64,000 nt of DNA from Pyrinomonadaceae bacterium (lineage in GTDB: Bacteria; Acidobacteriota; Blastocatellia; Pyrinomonadales; Pyrinomonadaceae): the NCBI GenBank assembly GCA_036379695.1, contig DASVGE010000019.1, forward strand, positions 976-64,975. The letters are read 5' to 3'. Below, in pieces: positions 8,895 through 17,700 of this stretch (positions within the stretch are counted from its first letter, which is position 1; each line of letters opens with the position of its first letter). The notes under the pieces are model-generated. The model worked only from the letters and a program-made list of their open reading frames with translations, was not told where the DNA came from and ran no database searches. The position numbers were made by a program, and so were the translations under genes.

Positions 8895-9982
8895 CAGCGG
8901 CTCGCCAGGTGATGAGCTCGTCGTACATGCACTGGGCCAAGACGAGCTCGACGGCGAAATTCAATTTAGCTACGAGTGGCGTGGGTAATCTGAAACTGAG
9001 CGAACTACGTGTGTCGCTCGACGATCTGGAGATCACAAACGGCGGTTACGGTTACCAGCCGCTGATCCAGTTAATTGCCGAGAGGTATCGAGTCGCGCCC
9101 GAAAATGTGGTGACAGCAGCGGGAACTACGTTTGCCAACCATCTTGCAGTGGCGGCACTGATCAAACCCGGCGATGAAGTGTTGTTCGAACATCCGGCGT
9201 ACGAGCCGATGCTCGCGATGGTTCGTTACCTCGGCGCAGATGTGAAACGCTTCTCGCGCAAGTTTGAAAACGGTTTTGGTGTTGTGCCCGAAGAGATCGA
9301 ATCGCTCGTTACGCCAAACACGCGCTTAATCGTATTGACTAACCTGCACAATCCGAGCGGCGTACTGATTGATGATTCAAACTTGAAACGGATTGGCGAG
9401 ATTGCACGACGCGTTGGGGCGCGCGTGCTCATCGACGAAGTTTACATAGAAACGTTGTTTGAAGAGTCGCCCAGGACCAGTTTCCATCTCGGTAATGAGT
9501 TTGTAGTAACCAGCAGCTTGACGAAAGCTTTCGGATTGAGCGGGCTTCGCTGTGGCTGGATCTTTGCCGAACCTGAGCTCGCACAACGGATGTGGCTGCT
9601 CAACGACCTCTATGCTGCCACGTCGGTACACGCGGGCGAACGGCTGAGTGTCGTGGCGATGCAGCAGCTCGCCGAGATTGGGGCGCGCGCGCAGCAGTTA
9701 CTCGATCGCAATCGCAAGTTGTTGAATGAGTTTCTCGATACGCGCGAGGATCTGGAGGTTGTGCGACCGGAATTCGGCACGGTGATGTTTCCGCGTGTGC
9801 GGCACGGAACGTCAGAGCAACTGTGTCGCTTGTTGCGCGAGAAGTATGAAACGTCAGTTGTGCCGGGCAGCTTCTTCGAGATGCCAGCACATTTTCGGGT
9901 GGGGATAACGGGGGATAGCGAGATGTTGGAAGAGGGACTCCGGCGGCTCGCTCGGGCGCTGGATGAAATTAGCCGCGGATGA
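8891..9982 (+). CDS. Class I/II PLP-dependent aminotransferase
   Basis: 363 aa. Carries the PLP-lysine motif SSLTKAFGLSGLRCGW. The start overlaps the permease stop by 4 nt. Confidence 0.9.
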   Translation: MTAARQVMSSSYMHWAKTSSTAKFNLATSGVGNLKLSELRVSLDDLEITNGGYGYQPLIQLIAERYRVAPENVVTAAGTTFANHLAVAALIKPGDEVLFEHPAYEPMLAMVRYLGADVKRFSRKFENGFGVVPEEIESLVTPNTRLIVLTNLHNPSGVLIDDSNLKRIGEIARRVGARVLIDEVYIETLFEESPRTSFHLGNEFVVTSSLTKAFGLSGLRCGWIFAEPELAQRMWLLNDLYAATSVHAGERLSVVAMQQLAEIGARAQQLLDRNRKLLNEFLDTREDLEVVRPEFGTVMFPRVRHGTSEQLCRLLREKYETSVVPGSFFEMPAHFRVGITGDSEMLEEGLRRLARALDEISRG

Positions 9983-10004
9983 ACGCGGATAAAAGCGCGG
10001 ATTT
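9971..10004. repeat. Half element (three direct units, no inverted partner)
   Basis: AGCCGCGGATGA-ACGCGGATAAA-AGCGCGGATTT. The TGA stop of the aminotransferase (9980-9982) lies inside the first unit. The element fills the 20-nt convergent gap. Confidence 0.75.
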
Positions 10005-10650
10005 AGTTCTTTTTGATGTCTTTAACGATGAGCCAATCGCGCACTTGTTCAGCTGCTTCGATCCCGACTGCCTCTTTCGTGATCCTGATTGGCGTGCCGT
10101 TGGGCCAGTTGTCCTTCTTTAACATCGGGCCAGCGACTGATTTGTAGTACACCTTGCCTTCAAACTTCTTTCGGCCCGTGCGTGGCTCAAAGATCGACAC
10201 GATAACATCAAGATCCTGTGCATTCAGAATGATTGTGCCGCTCTGAAACTCGTCGACGTCGAACTGCATGAAAACCACGATCGGTTCGGTCTCGCTTTTG
10301 GCGCGCTTGACTGCATGGTCGCGTTTGAGAGCGCCGAGCGAAGTCGCGGTGACGTTCTTGAACTCGTTAAGTTGCTGTAAAAACGCGGCGAAGATTGCGT
10401 CTTCACTCAAAAGGTGTTTTGACGACGGTTCCCAGCCGACCAGTAACGAGACTCGTTGTTTCAGTTCGCGGCCACTGTTTTTCGGGGTCGTGTCGGAATC
10501 AGTTTGCGGTGTGGCTGGCGGTTGAGCCGGCTTCGGAGTGCGCCTGCCTGACTGTGCACTCGTCTGGGTGGCGAGCAACAACAGCAAGCTCGAAGCTGCA
10601 AGAAGGCCTTTTTTACGGCGGTTTCGCTGAAAGCCGGGGAGCATTTTCAT
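10003..10650 (-). CDS. Hypothetical secreted protein
   Basis: 215 aa. Signal peptide (…LLLLATQTSAQS), a Pro/Thr-rich linker and then a globular domain. No named domain recognised. Confidence 0.6.
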   Translation of the reverse strand: MKMLPGFQRNRRKKGLLAASSLLLLLATQTSAQSGRRTPKPAQPPATPQTDSDTTPKNSGRELKQRVSLLVGWEPSSKHLLSEDAIFAAFLQQLNEFKNVTATSLGALKRDHAVKRAKSETEPIVVFMQFDVDEFQSGTIILNAQDLDVIVSIFEPRTGRKKFEGKVYYKSVAGPMLKKDNWPNGTPIRITKEAVGIEAAEQVRDWLIVKDIKKN

Positions 10651-10696
10651 GCGTTTTCTCCAGCGGTATGACCTTAGTGTGACCTTAGAAGCGGGC

Positions 10697-11668
10697 CTAG
10701 TCTAATTGGTTGCAACAGAGCTGTCTAACGTTCGGCGGCGGTGGTTCGGTCAGGTACATCTGGACCGCGGCATTCTTTCTCAACTCTCCGGCGTAAACGG
10801 CGACGAGCTTGCTTAGCTCCTCCTCAATCAAATACTGAAAGATTTGTACCTTGAGCTCCGAGAATTCGCCGTTCAATTGTGCTTTGTTCTTTTCGTAAAA
10901 CGCCCGGGCCTGCTCGTCAGAGGGAATCAATAATTTGGCTTTCACATTCTGATCGATCAGGGCCTTTGCAGTGGTGCCGAGTCGTTTCGCTTCCGCCTCG
11001 AGCAGCATATCGTTGATCTTCAGGTCGAGGTCACGTTTGCGTAGCGCGTAGACCTGTTTCTGGACCTGGTAGATCAACGGCAGAAGGCTCTGCTCAATGT
11101 CGAGCGAGGTGATGTTGACGCCGTTGACGGTCGCGAAGATGCGTTCGAGGTCTGCTTCGTTCGTTGGCGGTGTAACTTGCTGCTCCGCTACCGAGACGCG
11201 CGCTGCCACGCGCAACGCATTTGCGAATTCCTTCGCGCGCTCAGCCTGGCGCTCGCTTTTCAAGTGCGCAATGATCTCCTTTTTAGCGCTCTTGAAGTCT
11301 CTTCCTCTGTCGGTTTTGTTCTCCTCGTAAAAAGCGCGCGCGTCAGCTTCGGTTGGCTCTTTGACTGTCAATTCGAGTTCGAGGAGTTTGGCGGTAGTGA
11401 TGCCGCGTTTCTTTGCTTCGGCGTCGAGCAGCCTGTTGCTGATTAGTTGATTCAATGCCCGGCTGCGTGCCGCGATGACTGATTCCTGCAAGACGCTGAC
11501 CTGGGTTCTGGTGTCGATGCTCAGATCCTGTTTGGTGATCTTGACGCCGTTGATGACTGCGAGCAGGTTGATCTGAGGTTTGTCTTCGCAGCCGCAGTTT
11601 AGTGTTTGCGCGAATACTACTGAGGCTGTCAGCAAAAGCAGCCACGGATTTATACGGATGAATTTCAC
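10697..11668 (-). CDS. SurA-N-like periplasmic chaperone domain protein
   Basis: 323 aa with a signal peptide. Repeated helical modules (LLDAEAKKRGIT and LLEAEAKRLGTT) resemble SurA_N/PpiD-type chaperones. No clear PPIase core. Confidence 0.65.
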   Translation of the reverse strand: MKFIRINPWLLLLTASVVFAQTLNCGCEDKPQINLLAVINGVKITKQDLSIDTRTQVSVLQESVIAARSRALNQLISNRLLDAEAKKRGITTAKLLELELTVKEPTEADARAFYEENKTDRGRDFKSAKKEIIAHLKSERQAERAKEFANALRVAARVSVAEQQVTPPTNEADLERIFATVNGVNITSLDIEQSLLPLIYQVQKQVYALRKRDLDLKINDMLLEAEAKRLGTTAKALIDQNVKAKLLIPSDEQARAFYEKNKAQLNGEFSELKVQIFQYLIEEELSKLVAVYAGELRKNAAVQMYLTEPPPPNVRQLCCNQLD

Positions 11669-11675
11669 GGATCGG

Positions 11676-12644
11676 TTATTTCGTGGTTAAGGCGCGAATT
11701 GCTTCACGGGCGTAGTAGGTCAGGATGATGTCTGCGCCCGCGCGCTTGATGCTGGTGAGTGTTTCCAACATCACGCGCTCCTCGTCGATCCAGCCTTTTT
11801 GAGCCGCTGCCTTGATCAGCGCGTACTCACCGGAGACGTGATACGCCGCAAGGGGAACGTCAAATCGATCGCGAACCATTCGCAGGATGTCGAGATAAAC
11901 AGTCGCGGGTTTGACCATGAGGATGTCCGCGCCTTCGACGTAGTCAAGCTCTGCTTCGCGCATGGCTTCACGCGCGTTGGGTGGGTCCATCTGGTAGGCG
12001 CGGCGATCGCCAAACTCCGGCGCGCTCTGTGCCGCTTCGCGAAAAGGACCGTAGAAGCCTGACGCATACTTCACTGCGTACGCCATGATCGCGGTGTTCT
12101 CGAAACCCTCGGCGTCGAGCAGTTCGCGGATCGCGCCGACCTGGCCGTCCATCATCGCCGAAGGAGCAACGACGTCTGCGCCCGCGGCGGCCTGGCTCAA
12201 CGCCGTGCGCGCTAACAGCTCGAGCGACTCGTCGTTGATAACTTCACCTCCGCGAACCACGCCGCAATGACCGTGCGACGTGTATTCGCACAGGCACGTA
12301 TCAGCCATGATGATCACTTCCGGTGATGATTGCCGAATGGCGCGAATGGCTTGCTGCACGATCCCGTCTTCTGCATAAGCGCCCGATGCGAGAGGATCCT
12401 TCGATTCCGGCAGGCCGAAGAGAATGATGCTGCGAACGCCGAGATCGTAAGCGGCGGCGACTTCTTTCGTTGTCTCATCGATCGAGAGGTTGTACACGCC
12501 CGGCATCGATGAGATCTCGCGACGCACACCCGTGCCGGGGCAGACAAACAGAGGCAGCACGAAATTCTCGGGCGCGAGGCGAGTCTCGCGCACGAGTGAA
12601 CGAATCGCGTCAGTTTTACGAAGTCGACGAGGACGATGAATCAT
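11676..12644 (-). CDS. hemB: Porphobilinogen synthase (delta-aminolevulinate dehydratase)
   Basis: 322 aa. [11 protein letters not shown]-terminus, Zn site [14 protein letters not shown] and active-site lysine region ILMVKPA. Confidence 0.95.
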   Translation of the reverse strand: MIHRPRRLRKTDAIRSLVRETRLAPENFVLPLFVCPGTGVRREISSMPGVYNLSIDETTKEVAAAYDLGVRSIILFGLPESKDPLASGAYAEDGIVQQAIRAIRQSSPEVIIMADTCLCEYTSHGHCGVVRGGEVINDESLELLARTALSQAAAGADVVAPSAMMDGQVGAIRELLDAEGFENTAIMAYAVKYASGFYGPFREAAQSAPEFGDRRAYQMDPPNAREAMREAELDYVEGADILMVKPATVYLDILRMVRDRFDVPLAAYHVSGEYALIKAAAQKGWIDEERVMLETLTSIKRAGADIILTYYAREAIRALTTK

Positions 12645-12653
12645 TTACAACTC

Positions 12654-13112
12654 CTACCAGCGGTGATACGCTGGATGGCCCGGTTTGACGGCCACAAAAG
12701 TTCCGCGACAGGTGGCACAAACCTTATCGTGCGCAATCAACTCGCCTTCAACCACGGCGCGATCGTCAGTTGACTCCACCACGCGCGCGACCAGTTTTAT
12801 CGGTCGATCCGTCGGCGTCGGTCGCAGGAGCTTGATCGAATACTCCGCGGTGACTGTACACGGTGGCTTGTCAGCGCCGCTCTGCTTCATCAGGTGCCAT
12901 GCTGCCGACCAGTTGCAGTGACAATCGAGCAAGGTGCCGATGATGCCGCCGCTCAACATCCCTTGAAACGCTTCGTACTCGACGCTCGGCTGCCATTCGG
13001 CCACCACCTCATCGCCATCCGGAAAGCTGCGCACGTGCAAGCCCTTCGGATTCGCCGGCCCACACCCAAAACAGGCGAGGTTCGGCGCGTAAGTCTCTTG
13101 AATACTGTTCAT
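12654..13112 (-). CDS. Hotdog-fold (PaaI-like) thioesterase
   Basis: 152 aa. CFGCG N-terminal motif plus a hotdog core (LSGGIIGTLLD). The start overlaps the upstream ligase stop by 4 nt. Confidence 0.8.
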   Translation of the reverse strand: MNSIQETYAPNLACFGCGPANPKGLHVRSFPDGDEVVAEWQPSVEYEAFQGMLSGGIIGTLLDCHCNWSAAWHLMKQSGADKPPCTVTAEYSIKLLRPTPTDRPIKLVARVVESTDDRAVVEGELIAHDKVCATCRGTFVAVKPGHPAYHRW

Positions 13113-14737
13113 GGTTTAGCGCTGTTTGCGCGTAACTGCCGGCGCAGCTTGAATCGCTGAATCTTGCCCGTCGCCGTGTAGGGCAGTTCGGTAACGAACA
13201 CGTACCGGCGCGGTTGTTTGAATCGCGGCAGCGACTGGCTCAACAGTTTGCGCAACTCCTGCTCAAGTTGTCCTGAGTCGGATTCTACCTCCTGCTTCAC
13301 AACAAACGCACACGCGCAGGGAAGTTCATCGGAGTCAAAATCTTCTACCACCGCCGCCCGCGCAACGCCGGAATGCTGTAACAAAGCACCTTCGACTTCG
13401 ACCGGCGAAACCCACTGTCCGCTCGATTTGAAACAATCATCACTGCGGCCCATGTGAAACCAGAATCCATCGCTAACGCAGCGATAGAGATCTCCGGTGC
13501 GCACCCAGCCATCGACAAACGTTTGTGCTGTGGCTTCGGGATTCTCCCAATAGCCGCGCGCGGCGCTGTCGCCTTTGATCCACAAGTTTCCTTCAACACC
13601 GTCGGGTGTCGGTTTGCCGTGTTCGTCAAGTAGTCGCGCTTCGTAACCTTTGAGCAAGCGGCCACTGCTGCCATAGCGCACGTCGTTTTCATGATTCGAG
13701 ATGAACATGTGCAGCATCTCAGTCGAACCGATTCCATCGATCAACTGCACGCCGAACGCTCTTTGCCATTCCCGGCCGAGATGAACCGGCAATGCCTCGC
13801 CCGCCGACACGCAAAAACGCAGACTCGAACAATCGAGTTTGCCGCTGCGGCGGTGAAACTCGAGCAGCAGGTTGTAAATGACCGGAACCCCGAAAAAGAT
13901 CGTCGGACGTTGCTTCTTGAAGATTCTGGCGATCAGATCAGGTGACGGCTTCTCATGACAGAGAATTGTCGTCGCTCCGTTCAGGAGTGGAAATGAAAAA
14001 CTGTTTCCGAGTCCATACGCGAAAGGCAGTCGTGACGACGAGAAGAGACGATCCGCGGACGTCAGCCGCAACACCTCGCGGCAGAACGTCTCGTTCGTGT
14101 AGAAGATGTCTGACTGGCAGTGGATCGCGCCCTTCGGTTCGCCGGTGCTGCCCGACGTGTAGAGTATGAAAGCCGGATCGTCGTGGCCCGGCTCCGGAAA
14201 GTCGGCTTGCTCGGCGGCGCGAGTCTCCTCCAGCAAGCAGTTCAGGTCATGGATCGTAAGTGGTGGATCTCGCAGTTGAAGCTCGGTGATAGAAAAATGA
14301 TCGCTCCCTCCGACTGAGCTTTTCGGCTCTTCGAGCGGCTTCACCGAAACAATATTCTTCAGCGAACGCAGCTTTTCCGGCGCATGTGTCAGCAATGCAT
14401 TGCAGGTGTCGGATTCCATAAACGCCAGGGTGGCTCCGGAGTTGTGAAGGATCGAACACTGTTCGTCGAGTCGCAGCGCCATGTTGATCGGGACGGCTAT
14501 CGCCCCCAGCGAACACGTGGCAATAAACGCCTCAATGAATGCAGGTGAATCGTTGAGTAGCAGCGCCACGCGGTCGCCGGAGCGGGCGCCGAGCCGTCGG
14601 ATAATCCCGGCTATCCGCAGCGTTTCGGCACGCAACTCACTATAGGCGAGTACGCGCCGGCCAAAACATATCGCGGGCGACGAAGGGTTTTGTGCGAAGA
14701 TAGCGTCGAAGAGGTTCATGTCATTGGCCGGGGGCAA
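13109..14737 (-). CDS. AMP-dependent acyl/aryl-CoA ligase (benzoate-CoA ligase-like)
   Basis: 542 aa. AMP-binding motifs YTSGSTGEPKG, TGDLY and GRSDDCFKSSGQWVSP are present. Confidence 0.9.
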   Translation of the reverse strand: MPPANDMNLFDAIFAQNPSSPAICFGRRVLAYSELRAETLRIAGIIRRLGARSGDRVALLLNDSPAFIEAFIATCSLGAIAVPINMALRLDEQCSILHNSGATLAFMESDTCNALLTHAPEKLRSLKNIVSVKPLEEPKSSVGGSDHFSITELQLRDPPLTIHDLNCLLEETRAAEQADFPEPGHDDPAFILYTSGSTGEPKGAIHCQSDIFYTNETFCREVLRLTSADRLFSSSRLPFAYGLGNSFSFPLLNGATTILCHEKPSPDLIARIFKKQRPTIFFGVPVIYNLLLEFHRRSGKLDCSSLRFCVSAGEALPVHLGREWQRAFGVQLIDGIGSTEMLHMFISNHENDVRYGSSGRLLKGYEARLLDEHGKPTPDGVEGNLWIKGDSAARGYWENPEATAQTFVDGWVRTGDLYRCVSDGFWFHMGRSDDCFKSSGQWVSPVEVEGALLQHSGVARAAVVEDFDSDELPCACAFVVKQEVESDSGQLEQELRKLLSQSLPRFKQPRRYVFVTELPYTATGKIQRFKLRRQLRANSAKP

Positions 14738-14788
14738 AATGTTATAGCACAGCCTAACTGGGGTCTACTGTGAACGGAGCAAAGAATC

Positions 14789-17700
14789 ATGGAATTCGTG
14801 TTCCTGCTTTTCGTCCTCCTGGCGATCATAACCGTTATCGGTCACGTCATCTGGCTAACGGTCGCCGCCTTCCTACGGTTTTTATTTTCAGATGACACGG
14901 CCGCGAAGAACGGCCACCAGCCAGTTCGACTGTTCGAGCCGAGCGTTAAACCACTCGACGATCTCGATATCACTGAACGTCAAATCAGTCTTTTCTACGT
15001 CGACGGCAAAATAGACGAGCGAACGTATAACCTGCTGATAAGGCGCATCCGCGCAGAGCGAGCCCGCGTTACTCCTGCCGCGAAGGCGCCAGCCAGCGCG
15101 CCAGTTCCACCGTCGCCGTCAATAGAAGTTCCGGTAGATACTCCAGCACCGGCCAACGTGGCTTCAGTCGTAACCGCTGCGCTTGTCGCAAGTGACGACG
15201 AGATCATAATCAAACCGGTTCCAACGTTCATCATCGATGACGAACTGCCGCCAAAATACGAACAACCCGCTCCACCGCCGCGCCCGCCACGACGTCCATT
15301 TTCAGAAGTGCTCAACTCCTTTATGGAAGAGAGCAACATTCGTTGGGGCGAGATCATTGGCGGTCTGCTGATCATCGGTTGTTCGACTGCTCTCGTCGTA
15401 AGTTTGTGGGCCCAGATCTCTCAGATCCCGGTTCTGAAGTTTCTTATCTTCACAACCGTTACCGCGATCCTTTTCGGGATCGGGTTGTACACCGAGCATC
15501 GTTGGAAACTGCCGACGACGAGCCGGGGCATTCTCACAATCGCCACGCTGCTCGTGCCGCTGAACTTTCTCGCGATCGCGGCAGTTTCAGCCAGCAATAC
15601 GTCTGGCGCGCTCGTGATCGGCAGCGAGTTGCTGGCGCCCGCAATTTTTCTCTGCCTTGTTTATTTTGCGGGACGTGTCATCACGCCGGGTTGCGCACAT
15701 GTACTGTCAGCAGGTGTGCTCGGATCTTCTGTCGGACAACTGCTCGTGCGTCACTTCGCGGCGGTTGATACGTCTCCCGCGCTCCTGGTCCTGCTCGGCG
15801 CGTTTCCGGTTGCGTGTTACGTCGTTACGGTTGGCATCGCGTTGCGCATCGTGCTCGACGATCGTGAGATTGACGAGAGTGAGACCACCACGGTCTTCAC
15901 CATTCTCGGAACGATGAGTTTTGCGGCGCTGTTGCCGTTTGGACTGCTGCTTTACAAGGCGGGCCCGCTGGGGATGTCGATGATGTACCTTGCGCCGCTG
16001 GTGACGCTGTGGGGCCTGCCGATGCTCGCGACCGGAACGATCCTGTGGCGCCGAATCAACAATAAAGAACTGGTCGCATCGAGGACCACCGGCACCGCGC
16101 TGGGAATTCTCGGCGTGATGATTGTGCTGGCAGGAATGCTGCTGGCCTGGCCCAACCCTGCCAGCATCGTGCCCGCGGCGCTGCTCAACTTTGCGATCTT
16201 TACGGCCCTCGCGGTTGCGCTCGAGTTACCGGTTGCGCATCTGATCGCAACGATGTGCTTTGCTCTCGCTTACCTTGTGACGTGTCATGTCGTGGTGGGA
16301 AACATCACCTGGCAAAACCTGCGTGTGATGTCGTTGCTCGACGTCAGTCTTTCAGTTGCGAGTGGACAGGTGCTTGTCGGAGCTTTTGCGCTGTTTGCGA
16401 TTGCGTCGGAGTGGTTATCACAACGGAGGCGCGAACGTGACAGCCGGTACTACCTGATCTCTGCGTGCGTGATCGGTGTCGTGAGTCTGGCGCTCGCAAC
16501 GTTGTCGGGACTCGAGTCATTCGAATATCACGCTCTTTGGATCGTCTACGGGCTTTACTCGCTCGGGGCTTTCTGGATTGCGTGGCGTCACAAGCTGTCG
16601 CCGTTTGCGTGGATCGGATCGGCGTTGCTGCTGTTTTCGCTGGCCCATAGTTTTGCGTATCTGTTGTCGTTCGCGTTCCCATGGCAAACCGCGCTGTTTG
16701 CACATGCGACGATTTGCGCGATCGTGGCGATCGTTAGTTCACGATACGAGCGCGGCAAGGTGCTCGCGCAGCCGTTGAACTACAGCGCGCTGATCTCGAT
16801 CGTGCTCGGTGTGGTCAGTTTGTTTCAGGCGAATACATGGGAAGTCACGTGGATGCAGGCGCAGCGTGTCTTCTGGATCGCCGGCATTCTTCTGCTGTTG
16901 CTCTGGCTCAATCGCCGGCGGCTAATCCTCAATGCATTTCAGATTGCGTTGATCTGTGCACTTGTGCTGACTGTGAAAGCAGCGCTACAGCAGTACGAAT
17001 GGTATTCCTACTTGCCGCACGCTTTCCTGCATCCGGCTGCGTTGCAGATTCAGGGGACTGTGCTCGCGCTGTTTTGTCTCGCCTGGCTGGGCTTGCGATT
17101 CGTCGTCAAACGCGGACGAGAGGGTTGGAAGGCAGACGCATGGCGACTGCTCGACAGCGACTTCTCCGTCGATCGCATCGTCCTCTGGTATCTGTTAGGT
17201 GGATTCTTATTGCTTACAGTTTACGGAGCGCTCTCGGGAGTGACGCAGGAGTTGGCCGCGCTGGGAAGTGGCTATACAGGCTTCAACATCGCGGGCTTTC
17301 CGCATCAGGAGGCGCTCGCGCTCGGCTCGTGGATCGTACTTGGTTTGTTGTTGGTGGCGATGCTGGCGAGCGCCTGGGAACGTCGCTCGAGTGTTTACCT
17401 GCTCGGAGCGCTTGCGGTGCTTGCGGCGATCATTCCGCTGCTCGCGGGCCGGTTCGAACATCAGATAGCGACTGCCACCGCGTGGCGCTGGTTCGCAGCG
17501 ATCTTCCTTCTCGGTGGCTCAGTGGCTATCTGGTATCGACATGGCTTCGCACGGCGTCTTACTGCCTTTGGCTGGCCTGAGTTTAACGAAGACGCAGAAC
17601 CATTCGCGAAACAAGCGCGCACGCTTTTGATTGCTCTTACTTTCGTGCCGCTATTTGTCTTGACCATCTTTCCGGCGCTGCGCACGATTTATTACCTGCC

